Shown here in pieces: positions 40,842 to 52,399 of a stretch of 64,000 nt of DNA. Under the pieces are notes generated by a model. It worked only from the letters and a program-made list of their open reading frames with translations. It ran no database searches and was not told where the DNA came from. The DNA comes from Dicyema japonicum (taxonomy: Eukaryota; Animalia; Dicyemida). Both the position numbers and the translations under genes were made by a program. Within the stretch, counting starts at the first letter, position 1. The number at the start of each line of letters is the position of its first letter. The stretch is from assembly GCA_011109175.1 (NCBI GenBank), contig RDEW01000056.1:186001-250000 (forward strand). Direction: 5' to 3'.

Positions 40842-40859
40842 AAATAAAAAACTGGGAAC

Positions 40860-41427
40860 ATGGTTTTCCTGTTTTATGAAATTTCCTGTATAATTGTGTG
40901 GACTGAAGTAAATACAGATAAAATTCTATGGACGGTAATTGCAGTAAGCAAAATACGAATGCATATAAACCAAGTGAGCCACAGAAATTTTTAGCACATC
41001 CAAATTCATAGGTATCAGCCTAAACAACCATCATATTATAGAAATAAAACGAATTTGAGTATTAAAATCGTAATATTCTTCTTTTTGTAAAATTCCTTTA
41101 CAAACTCTGTGAGGGTATTGCTGTCTCTAGTCGTATTAACAGATAACTTTTAGAAATTGTAGAGAAGTATTGTCCAATTGTGACGGTTGGTAATAAACAT
41201 TTCTCGCTTGATTTTCAGCTTCTTTTTCAAGTGCATCACTCCAAACCTTTATAACTTTAATTTAACAACCATTTTTCTCATATTGCTACCAGCAGGTCTA
41301 GCATTAGATCTGAAATAATTATGGGCATCCTAAAGAATCCTTTTTTCGTCATCAGTAAATGATTGTCGCACTGAGATATAATGCATCAACTTACTTTAAC
41401 TGAAAGAAATAACAATAATTCAATCAT
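40860..41427 (-). pseudogene. CAP/SCP (CRISP/PI15/GLIPR-like) secreted protein pseudogene with tiny introns
   Basis: Spliced reconstruction gives MIELLLFLSVK, SFTDDEKRIL*DAHNYFRSNARPAGSNMRKM|VWSDALEKEAE, VV*ADTYEFGCAKNFCG and YCNYRP..GN. Introns at 41371-41394 (24 nt) and 41247-41269 (23 nt); two TAG stops and frameshifts. Confidence 0.85.
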
Positions 41428-41531
41428 TGCATCGAGTATTTAATTTTGTTTTTTATAAATGTATAGGAAATTAATTTTTGCTGGTTTAATTATTGAGGTT
41501 TTTACATAAATAGGAAAATCATCTTTGGTGT

Positions 41532-41600
41532 GGCGTCATGTGATCCACCAGTCTTAAGTGGTGCCCAGTGTCAGGCTGGAGTTATAAAGGATCAGTTGCT
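41532..41600 (+). ncRNA. Orphan HDV-like ribozyme-type LINE 5' end
   Basis: GGCGTCATGTGATCCACC..GTGGTGCC..TAAAGGATCAGTTGCTC is homologous to 49754-49828. P2 is UGAUCC/GGAUCA. Confidence 0.5.
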
Positions 41601-41728
41601 CCACTACACATTTTCTCCCACGCCACCTGAGAGGTTTCCACAATTGAAAGGAATGGAAGTCTTTACATGCTCGTTCTGGATGAATTGTGTGTTAAAATGA
41701 GATTTTGGAGATTAATTAAGATATGAGT

Positions 41729-41850
41729 AGACGATCCGGTTCCGCAGTGAGGAGTTCACTGCTGATGACGTCACTCGTCAAGCCAAAGCATCATAGATGT
41801 GTGGAACCTTCAGTTGGAATGAACAGAGGCAAGATTCGAACTAGGAGCCA
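41729..41850 (-). mobile_element. SINE fragment (B box + core)
   Basis: Reverse complement contains GTTCGAATCTTG and GCTTGACGAGTGACGTCATC..CACTGCGGAAC. Confidence 0.75.
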
Positions 41851-42099
41851 TCAAGCCTTTTGCCAGGCCCAAGTTATGTTACCCATTAAATTAAATCCTA
41901 TTCTTGGAATGCACAACTGAAGCACTTTTTGAGAGATTTTTTTTATTTTAAAACCAAGAATCACCGACAATATAAAATAAAAGAGTGGGGGCCGTCAGGT
42001 GATCCCGGATTAAGAAATAAATGTACATTATTAAAATTAAATAATGCAGTAATTTTACTTTAATTATTTAAAAACTGCATGTGGAACTCCATCTATTTT

Positions 42100-42745
42100 T
42101 TTCCAGTTTATGACGCTTAGAGGAAAACAGACTCGTGGTGAATGCAGAGAAGTCGTCTACGTCACTATTTACCTCGGACAAAAGATTGTGAAAGAAGACA
42201 GTCACCTTGAAGTCAAACAAAATCTGCATCCCTTTCCACAGATGTCAAAGGATCTTAGGAGTGACAATTGAAATGCATCTTTGTTTGACACCACAGGTAG
42301 AAAACATTTTATTGAAATGCGAGAAGAAACTGAACGTATTGAAAAGTTTATCAGGAATATGGAAAAGTGGTACTCGCCCAGTTTTGATGCGTGTACTAAC
42401 AGTACATCGAACCATGTTTCTCATATTCATGAGCTTCGTGGAGACCGTCCATATCTTGGACAAATATGAAGAAAATTAAGGAAATACAAAAGAGGGATTA
42501 CAGAGTACGGAGCATGGGATTTGTGAAGATCATCGAACCCGTACCTACTCCTGTGGAGGCCCTTATGAGACTAGACTCCAGATCTCGGGAAGTTTGCCCT
42601 GAAAATTCAGGCAGCCGTCTTGTACGTTCATGCGCGGGCACGAAGGAAGAACACCGGGAAAAGATTAGGTCTCTGTTAGAATGCATCGGGATCAAGTGAT
42701 AATTAGTTTTGTTTTACCGTGGTCTTGGATTAAATAAATAAAAAT
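42100..42745 (+). mobile_element. Family-B LINE 3' fragment
   Basis: IPFHRCQRILGVT..EALMRLDSR..LECIGIK*; end motif at 42688-42708 and a (TAAA)n tail. Confidence 0.85.
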
Positions 42746-43009
42746 TAATAAAAATGACGTTTTTCTGGCTCTAAAAAAACCATTTTCAGTGAAAACTCAA
42801 TTTTGGTTGTATTTTATACCGAAAAATGCTAAAATGTACACAAGAGAAAATTTGCAATTAATAATATCTGAAAATTTATTAAAAATTAAAAAAATTTAAT
42901 TAAAAATCGGACATAAAAAAGCTTATTCGAAACATTTGGTTGAGTTAGTGAACGTGAGTTAGTGACGTGGGTCTTTAAATGCAGTCTGAAAAATACAAGA
43001 TTCAATGGG

Positions 43010-43814
43010 ACGGCCTCAACCTACTCTCGTTTATGTCAGGGGGATCTCGAAGACATGGATGAGGAAAACACTGTGCGATGATTTAGACAAGTACCGCGTC
43101 TCTATCGGATGTCTGCCAAGAAACGAAGGTCTCTGATGGATGCTGTGAACACTATGGAACCTATAAACTTATTTTCTTCCCTAGTGAGTCTAAACATTAC
43201 GGACGCAAGGTTTCGCAGTCTATGAACATCTTGTACACGGATACATCAATTTTGGAAAGTCAACGACAGATTAGTGTTCTGCAAATTAGGATGAATGACA
43301 TGTGCCCTTCCAAAAGCTACATGACAGTCATTAACGTGTATGCTCCACATAGTGGCAGATTTTTGAAAAATCCTGAGGAACTGGATGACTTCTACTGTCA
43401 ACTATTGAGGACGTACTCGGAATACGAATCTTCGTCGTTGATATTTATTGCCGGGGACTTTAACGCTAAAGTTGGGATGCGACGCAGTGGAGAGGAATCG
43501 TTCATCGGCAGGCATGGACGGGGGTGGAGAAACACCCCGGGAACACTACTGGCCAATTTCTGTCAAGCGAATGATCTTTTCATAGGAAACACTGCCTTTA
43601 TGCACCCAGCTCGCCACAGGAGCACATGGACTGGCCATAGAACGAACTCGGAAAACAAAAGTGTCAATATTTATAATCAAATTGATTACATCATTTGTCG
43701 GACCAAGGACAAACACCTACTGAATGATGCCCGTTCTTATGGAGGGTCGATGATAAATAGTGACCATAAAATGGTTATTGGCAAGTTCTCCTTGAAGAAA
43801 TACTACATTGGCAG
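43010..43814 (+). mobile_element. RTE APE endonuclease region (runs into an assembly gap)
   Basis: INVYAPHSG, AGDFNAKVG, NTAFMHPARHRSTW, NQIDYIIC and SDHKMV. Confidence 0.85.
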
Positions 43815-44178
43815 NNNNNNNNNNNNNNNNNNNNNNNNNNNNNNNNNNNNNNNNNNNNNNNNNNNNNNNNNNNNNNNNNNNNNNNNNNNNNNNNNNNNNN
43901 NNNNNNNNNNNNNNNNNNNNNNNNNNNNNNNNNNNNNNNNNNNNNNNNNNNNNNNNNNNNNNNNNNNNNNNNNNNNNNNNNNNNNNNNNNNNNNNNNNNN
44001 NNNNNNNNNNNNNNNNNNNNNNNNNNNNNNNNNNNNNNNNNNNNNNNNNNNNNNNNNNNNNNNNNNNNNNNNNNNNNNNNNNNNNNNNNNNNNNNNNNNN
44101 NNNNNNNNNNNNNNNNNNNNNNNNNNNNNNNNNNNNNNNNNNNNNNNNNNNNNNNNNNNNNNNNNNNNNNNNNNNNNN
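43815..44178. other. Assembly gap (N run)
   Basis: Continuous Ns. Confidence 1.
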
Positions 44179-44245
44179 AAATAAAGAATTTTGTAAATTC
44201 TTCAGCGTAAATGAAGCATCTTCTTCAATTTTTATTAGCATCTCT

Positions 44246-44510
44246 CAAAGTTATTAAGTATTTTGACAAAGTTATTAAACATTTTGACAAAGTTATTAAA
44301 TATTTTGACAAAGTTATTAAATATTTTGACAAAGTTATTAAATATTTTGACAAAGTTATTAAATATTTTGACAAAGTTATTAAGTATTTTGACAAATTAT
44401 TAAATATTTTGACAAAGTTATTAAGCATTTTGACAAATTATTAAATATTTTGACAAAGTTATTAGATATTTTGACAAAGTTATTAAACTTTATGACAAAG
44501 TTATTAAATA
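44246..44510. repeat. 21-bp minisatellite (CAAAGTTATTAAATATTTTGA), ~13 units
   Basis: Counted directly; units 8 and 10 are 20-bp variants. Confidence 0.95.
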
Positions 44511-44619
44511 AATCGGAAAACCCTGTATATTATTTAAATTATATTAAAATTAAAACATTTATATTTCATTTATTATTATTATTGAACCAGAAAACCACCG
44601 TCATATTTAAAATAAACAA

Positions 44620-46075
44620 ATTCAGGTGATAACGTGGTGACAACATCCCTCCCGAACTGCTGAAATATGGACCTATGCGTCTATTCGAAACCATTGCGAC
44701 ATTGTTAAATGGAATGTTTACATCCAACTCTGTCCTACCACTGGGGAAAGGGACATTGATACCTATACAAAAGCCTAACAAACCAAAGGGACCACTAGAA
44801 AGCCTACGCCCAGTCATATTGTTAAACACATTACGAAAAGTTCTTGCATCTGTTGCTTTGGACCGCTTAAAACATCCTGCAGGAAATTACCTATCAGCAT
44901 GCCATAGTGGATTTCGTGAAGGAAGGTCGACAGCGGACATTCTGTGGAGCCACAGGTGGCGGTGTGCAACGGCTCAAAGATACAAAAATGCCACGACCAT
45001 CCTGGGGATCGATATGTCAAGAGCTTTCGACACCATTAGCCGACACAAGCTAATGGTTGTCCTTCATCAATTTGTGGACCAATCATTGCTACGGATAATC
45101 AGAGTACTTCTCTCAAGTACTGAACTGTCAGTCCGAATTGGGAGAACTCTATCCCGACCATTCAAAACTACAATCGGCACTCCTCAGGGAGACTCCCTCT
45201 CCCCCTTACTATTTGTGATATATCTCGAAGCTGCACTAAAGGATCTAAGAACTTGCTATGAAGGAAAAATAAACGAAGTCGTATACGCGGATGATGTGGA
45301 TTTTATATCCGAGGATACAGAAGCTCTCACACATCTGCTGGAAAATGCACCGGACAAACTGGGGGAATGGTTCCTCATCGTTAACCGGGCCAAAACGGAA
45401 ATCACGGAAATCAAAAGAATGGACAACATCCTTAATGAACGTTGGCGACATGTTAATAAGCTTGGATCCCTACTGGGGGACACAGAAGACATCATCAAAA
45501 GGAAAACACTTGCAGGAGTAGCAATGCGAAAACTCAAAAAGGGATGGCTGAAAGGACTAGATGTCAATCTGCGGATACGCATGTACAATGCATTTGTGAA
45601 ACCGATACTGACATACAATGCTGGTACTTGGGCCTGTACAGGTGCGGAATCAATGGCTCTCGATGGGTTCCACAGAAAACAGCTTAGAGTATTATTTGGC
45701 ATGCAGTGGCCAGCCAGAATCTCGAATACCGGTATTTACAAAAAATGCAAGAGTAGGCCTCTAAGCCTGGAAATCACTGACGCCCGGTGGAGACTGTTTG
45801 GTCACGTACTACGCATGGATCTTGCTGCCCCGGCTAATGTGGCGATGGAGGACCATTTCATGTTCGAGGGCAAATGCTTCCGTGGCAGACCAAGGATGAC
45901 CCTACCTATCATGCTGCACAAAGACCTCCAAAGGATGAAGAAATGCCTAAAGACGGGAGACGATCTGGACATGCTGAGATCGACTGCGTGTAACCGTGGA
46001 GGATGGAATAGGCTAACTAATAACATTGTTTCTTGTATTGCACATGCTTTGCTATAACTATTATGCCAAGGCGAT
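44620..46075 (+). mobile_element. RTE reverse transcriptase + C-terminal domain, uninterrupted 460-aa ORF (44675-46057)
   Basis: LRPVILLNTLRK, HSGFREGRST, GIDMSRAFDTI, GTPQGDSLSPLLF, YADDVDF, WRLFGHVLR and RGRPRMTL. Confidence 0.92.
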
Positions 46076-46285
46076 AAGTGCTGTAATAATTATTTATCTG
46101 TCTTTAATTTTTCATATGACAATGAGCTCTTCGAGAACCATTTCCCCTTGACAAAAAAATCGCCCAAAAAGGGCGATTCGCCCCTCGTTGAGAATTACTG
46201 GTTTATACCATTGATTTCTATTAGAACGAATCGGGATCGATAATTATTTTGGTTTTACTGTTAAATAAAGTAAATACAACGATCA

Positions 46286-46345
46286 GGTAGCTAAGTGGTT
46301 ACGATTTCATACTTGTACCAATGGTCCTGAGTTTAAATCCCTAAA
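46286..46345 (+). other. Degenerate tRNA-like (Thr-UGU-like) Pol III head or second SINE head
   Basis: A box TAGCTAAGTGG, a CTTGTA anticodon-like loop, and a B-box-like GAGTTTAAATCC. No acceptor stem. Confidence 0.3.
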
Positions 46346-46765
46346 GGTTCTCTTTCTATGCTCTGTTTTTTCTTCCTTCTTTCAATTAGCGTGAATTAAG
46401 GATCATTTGCTCTCCATACTCCATTGGATCATTTTCTAAGAATCTCAACAGTTTGGATGTGGATAGACTTTAGTATGCTTTAGGGACCTGTCTTGTTTCT
46501 TCTGCGACCATGGAAACATAGTTAGTTAGATAACCGCGGTTTCACAAACTTCGGATAAATTTGGATGTGGTTCACCTTCACTTATAAAAATTGGATGCCA
46601 ACTTAACTCTGACTAAAAGAGTTGCCTATCAACCTGTTCTCATCGGATTGAATGTATGCCAGTGATACAGCTTCGATGTGGAGGGAACGTCGACAGCTAG
46701 GCCTACATCCAATGTTTTACTGAAAGAGAGCAGGACGTGCCTCGCTCAAACAGTTCTTGTAACCG

Positions 46766-47330
46766 AACTAATTAGGTGATTCCGGTTCCCTTTATCACCC
46801 TTGCAATTTTCATTCTTGCTTATCGAGGGACCCTAACGCTGTCTGCGCTTGTGCCTACACATGAAGTCGACGTGAGCAGATTTCTTAGGAGAGGTCGTCC
46901 ATTTTGAGATCGCGCCACGAATGAACATAATGAATTCCCTTTTTCTTGGCAGAACCGAAGGAATCCGCGGCCATTCCTTCGTCTGATGGTTTCGACAGTA
47001 TGATCTGTTCGACTTTGTAAAAAAGCGTTGAGACTTTTCGTGTATAGTCAATTTTGTCCAAAAACGACGCAGAGAGTGTATAATTCCGTGAACCACAGTC
47101 ATATTCTATAGCGAAGGCAATGTTATGCGTATTCCATCTTCTACTGGGAACAGGCTCTTCACAACAATTACCTTGAGGACATTCAACTTCTGGAGTCTTT
47201 TTGTAAATTTATTGTTATCTTGGCGGATGATTCTTCTATTTTGGGGGCGCCCAGTACCAATGAAAAAGAACCATTCTCTCCCCCTATTCGTCACATCACT
47301 CCATGGGATAGCATCTTANTGAGAAAATAT
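46766..47330 (-). mobile_element. Ingi/Jockey-like LINE 3' fragment
   Basis: YAIPW..LVLGAPK C-terminal motif; end motif at 46766-46783. Confidence 0.55.
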
Positions 47331-49753
47331 CAATTCCTTCGTTTTCGAGTTATCTCGTTAATGTTTTCTGTTGAATAGTAGGGCATTCCGATAGGGTCAG
47401 GTTAGATTTGACGTTTCCCGAGAAGGCTAGAGACTAGTGAATGGGTTTGAGGGCCCCAGAGAACTGACAAAAGGATCCCGTTGAGGAGAAGATCGCAAAA
47501 ATATTGCTTATGTACATGTTTTCAAAATAAAAATGTCTAAATAAAATAATATGTAAAAATTTAATTAAATATTATATAAAAAATTAATTTATTTTTAAAA
47601 AAATAATAAAATTCAACGCTGTGTTGGGAGTTTTTCATTGGTAAATTTTTTTGAGAATAACTATTTTTAGAAAAAAAACTAGACAACAGTATGATCCAAC
47701 ATGAATGTGGGTAAATTTTAATATGATAGCGTGAAGCCATTTTACAGCAGTCATATAAGACACATATCTTGCTCATACACTTAATTATACTGAATGATGT
47801 AACAAAACAATTATTTCTTGAACAAATTTGTTAATTTTATTGTCTAGACAATCGCACTGCAACGTATGATTCTTTTTCTATCGAAAGTGACAATCGTATA
47901 TTAAAATCTCTTTTTGTTAGAATACTTAGACGATACTCATTTTCCGGATGACTCACAAATGATGAAAAGCAAAACAGACAGCTAAAAGCATGGTGTCTGG
48001 AAAATATAATATTCATCTAAAAATCGCTTTTTTAATAAATTTTTACTTTCAGGCTAGTCATTGGAAGTTGATTTGTCACGGAAGCTTAATAAACCTGAAT
48101 GATTTAACTGAAAAGATTCATCTTCTTAAATTACACATCATTTTAGAGGAAAAGACTTGAAAATTTGACAAATCCCACAATTTTCATAGCGCCGTATTTT
48201 TCAACGAATTAGGCAGAAAGAGTGACTTTGTTTCCCCAAAGATTTGGTTGATTATTTTAAACTGAAAAATATTGAAAATTATCTTATTGGCGATGGAAGT
48301 AAAATCGAAGTTGGTTTTGTGATTACTTCAGAATTAATTTGTCTACGCCGTCCTATCCAAGTTTTTTTATTTGTTCCACTCGACGTTGAGACGCCTGTTC
48401 CCTTGAGCCTGCGAAACGGGAATTCGTCTAAGGAATCGTATATTAATAAACTCGAATGTGGAGTGAAAGATCTAACAAAGGTTGAGACTCGATTAAGTTG
48501 ATTCCTGAAAATGCCGAATTATGCGATTTCCATTACAAGGAAAAAATTCTCAAGAAAATACAACTTTTTAGTGAGTTTGATTTTAATTATAATTTAGTCT
48601 TAAAAATTATTCATTTTTTATATTGTTAAGACTTTTTTTCGATACCACTTATTCAAGTTCTCATTGCTCTGAAGGGAAAAATCAATATAATTTCAGTTAT
48701 ATTCTGTTCCATCTCAGGTCATAGACCGTTTTTTTGAATTCCTTCATTTTTTCGAATCAAAAGTATTAGAAATTAAAGTCTATTATGTGAGAAATAAACT
48801 TTTTAAGAGTTCCAATTACTGAGGAATTGAAGTCCTTGATTCTTTTAGGCACGTTTTTGCTAGGTCAGTACTTCATGGACATCACAGTAGTTGACGATTG
48901 GCTCAAAATATTGATTATATAGGGAATCTAACGTTAGGAGAGAAAAATATTGTATTTATGAATGAGAACCTTCGAAAGTTGAGTTTTTGTGGCAAAAAAT
49001 ACAAGTTATTCACGTGTTGTTCATAAGTCATTAGTAGCAGAATAACTCCCAATATTCTAATGGAGTTCTAAATACTTCAGCGGGATTTCTTTCTACGTGA
49101 AGAGAGTTGTGCATGATTTTTCAAAGCTTGAAGTCAAAAAGGTTATAAGCACGTGTTTAAAAATTCTAACAGATCTTCAAGTATAGTTGTCTATGAGCAT
49201 CGATCCCTGAATGCAAAACTCAGCGACTGTAAGATAGAATAAAGGTATTTGTCGACTTCGCATGCCTGAAAAGGATAATTTGAAAATATTAGGTGACAAT
49301 GGTGATAACAGAGACTGCTTACACGGAAGATTTTGATGAGAACATTCTTTTTCGTCAGCATAGGTATCTCGAAATGAGCATTTATACGACTTTTCTACAA
49401 AATCCTATGATCCCCATGCTTCACGATAGGGAGGACATTAGAAAATTTTAGGTCGGTAGGGATGGTGTTCCGATTGATTGAAGTGTTGTGTAAAGGCCTC
49501 GATTGCGTCGGGTCTCGTGCTAAGATTTGAATACCGTCTGGACCGATTGAATAAATAGACTTTAATTTTGAATCACTTATTTTACCTCCTCGACTTTAGA
49601 ACTAATTTGGTATCGCCTTGTTTGAGTTTTATCGAGACAAGAAAAAAAATCCTAGCATTTAATTCTATTAAAATAAAAAAAATTAAAAATATTAAAATTT
49701 TGTTCAAAAAGTCAATAATCCACATCAATATTAAAATATTAAAATATTTTAGC

Positions 49754-49821
49754 GTGCGTCATGTGGTTCACCGTTTCTGGTGGCGTCGGATATAGTCCTA
49801 ACTATATCTAAAAAGAATCAT
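49754..49821 (+). ncRNA. Candidate HDV-like self-cleaving ribozyme
   Basis: P1 GCGUC/GGCGU, P2 GUGGUUC/GAAUCAU, P3 ACC/GGU, GG for P1.1, P4 AUAUAG/CUAUAU, and J4/2 starting at C49808 (CUAA). Confidence 0.65.
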
Positions 49822-49906
49822 TTGCTCTCTACCAACCAGAGAACTTCCCACTGGACGGCATTCTCTCACTGTTGGAACATTCTATCGATTGAGACTGTTG
49901 ACCTCA

Positions 49907-49933
49907 GGAGACGTGGAACAAAACCCAGGCCCA
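49907..49933 (+). other. 2A-like peptide GDVEQNPGP
   Basis: Exact 2A consensus immediately before the APE start. Confidence 0.85.
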
Positions 49934-52156
49934 AAGAAGTTAACAATCCAAAGCTTAAACATAAACGGGATCAGAGGAAAGATTGCCGAACTTTCCTTAT
50001 TCTTGGAGAGGAAAAGAGTGGACATCTGCCTTCTCCAGGAACGAAACATTCAAATAACATTCCTACTCCTCTCTTTAACGGATACAACACAGTAAGATCC
50101 GACCGCCTATCTGGCCAAGGAGGGGGTTATGACCTCCGGAGCGACCACCATTCAATGTTAATGAAGCTGAACTGCGAGCCACGCTTTGTACCGAAGCCTA
50201 TTCATTTCTATGATTACAAAATGCAAATTGGACTGGCTTTACAAATTTCGTTGATTCAAAACTGCAACATTTCCAACCTGAAAATTTCTCTTCCATAGAC
50301 AAAGCTGTATACTATTTCAACAAAATCATTGACGGGAGAAATATTTTTATCAGAAAAGCATATATAAAATACGAAAAATTGAAATACGACTCAAAAACAA
50401 GGAAAATAATTATGGAAAGAAACAACCTTAAGAAAATGATACATCGTTCACGAGAGGTTATTAATCGAATCAGGTCACTAAACATTCTTATCACGAAAAG
50501 CACAAACAACACCCAAAGGAAGAAACTCAGCGAATCTCTGCTGCCATGAATAACCAGACCTCAATTTCCAACATGTGGAAGATGTTGAGGCGTCTGAAGA
50601 ACCCAGAATACGAAGATAACAAAGAACAATGCCAGCTCAATCTGAATAAGAAACATTGTATTCGAATCAGTCACATTCCTTATAAAAAGATTAACACACA
50701 AACGAAAATAAAGAGAAAGCCATCCAAATTTGCCCCGCTGATTTATTTTCTCCCGAAAGATGTATCCAAAGCAATATCAAATCAGAAAAAAACAAACTCA
50801 TGTGGCCCAGACGGAATTCCTCTTATTCTGCTGAAACACTTGGGCCCAGCATCAATAAATGCATTAACAAACATCTACAACACATCGCTGAACAGAAATA
50901 CCATACCGACTTTGTGGAAACTATCAAAAATTCGACCAATATTGAAGCCGGGAAGACCGAAGAACGATCCCGGCTCTTACAGACCAGTTTCCCTTATATG
51001 TGTTTTGTCGAGGATCCTGGAGAAACTGGTCCTAAAAGTTATTCGCCCTTTTCTCCCACAAAGTACATTCCAACATGGCTTCAAGGAAGGATTATCAACA
51101 ACCTCCTTCCTAACAACATTAATGAAGTTCATAACTGAAGGACACAAGAACAAGCCAAAACAGGAAAAATCGGTCATATGTACGATCGATATTCAAAAAG
51201 CTTTCGACTCTGTCCCAAGGAAGATCCTCATACGAAAAATATTTTTGACAAAAATTGATGCACCATTAAAGTTATGGTTAGCAAATTTCGTAAGTGGACG
51301 CCGAGGGAAAGTATCCGTCGGAAACAAGAGTTCCAGATCGGGATTATTACCCAATGGTGTACCCCAAGGATCTCCTCTGTCACCAATCCTTTTTAATTTG
51401 TTTTTGAGTGATCTCCCCACCTATGAATAATAATGACATACTACTTTCTATGCCGATGACATAGTTGTCGCATCTAGAGACGTAAACGTCGAACATGCTA
51501 AGGAAAGACTACAAGGAATACTAAATAACATATTTGGATGGTTGTGCGAGAATCGATTAAATGCATGTTCCGAAAAGTCAGCAGTCACTCTATTTACTAA
51601 GAATAGAAAGATGGGAACGCAAACAATTGATGTCACGTTAAATGGAGTACCTATACCACAAAAGAAAACGCAGAAGATACTGGGAGTAACTTTTGATATT
51701 TTCCTCTGCTTCTCAGGCCATGTGGAATCTATCATATCAACCAGTGCAAAGAAGATCAATTTTGTAAAAGCCTTCCTTTGGAACTGTGGAGGAATTTATC
51801 CGCCAGGTATCGTGACCCTCTACAAGCAGTATGCCGAGCCAACAATAGGCTATGCATGTGCTGCATGGGGATCTAACCTGTCGGCAACGAACCTAACAAA
51901 AATTCAAGATATCCAGTCAAGAGCAAAAAAGTTACTAGAAAAATATACAGATAAAGAAATTGCCCCCAGAGCACTCGAGTCTATCATAGAAGCAACTGGA
52001 GGCAATTTCAGAAGAGGAAAGGAAAAAGACCCCGTCCGTATAGAAAATGCGTGGGATCACAGTCGGAGCATCGAGAAAAAATGGCCCGATTATTGAGAGA
52101 TGCCGGGATCACCTGAATATTAGTTATTGGTTAAGACGGTGTTTCTTTGGCTTAAA

Positions 52157-52223
52157 NNNNNNNNNNNNNNNNNNNNNNNNNNNNNNNNNNNNNNNNNNNN
52201 NNNNNNNNNNNNNNNNNNNNNNN
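52157..52223. other. Assembly gap (N run)
   Basis: Continuous Ns. Confidence 1.
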
Positions 52224-52399
52224 AGACACAGCATAGAGGTTGACCCCAAGAAGAGAAGATTGAGTTAGAAGGGCTTTATAAAATAATTTCTTTTACTAAA
52301 AATTTAAATAAATAACAAACATCTTTTTTACCAATTAATTATTATAAAGTAAATTTTCCACGTTTTATATTAAGTTTTTTAAAAAAGACTCTACACACG

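Larger units (their letters stand above)
49754..52150 (+). mobile_element. Ingi/Vingi-like LINE with 5' ribozyme fold and 2A, internally deleted APE, frameshifted RT
   Basis: LLTSGDVEQNPGP-SLNINGIRGK..LLQE. The APE jumps from GQGGG to SDH. RT 50546-51430 has YRPVSL, QHGF, DIQKAFDSV and GVPQGSPLSPILFN, then YADD; end motif at 52105-52125. Confidence 0.88.

Noticed and set aside
43717-44257. Long ORFs spanning 43.2-44.3 kb and 52047-52268
   Set aside because: Their length is inflated by N runs.
44246-44510. CRISPR-like array
   Set aside because: The units are contiguous with no unique spacers, the context is eukaryotic, and there are no cas genes.
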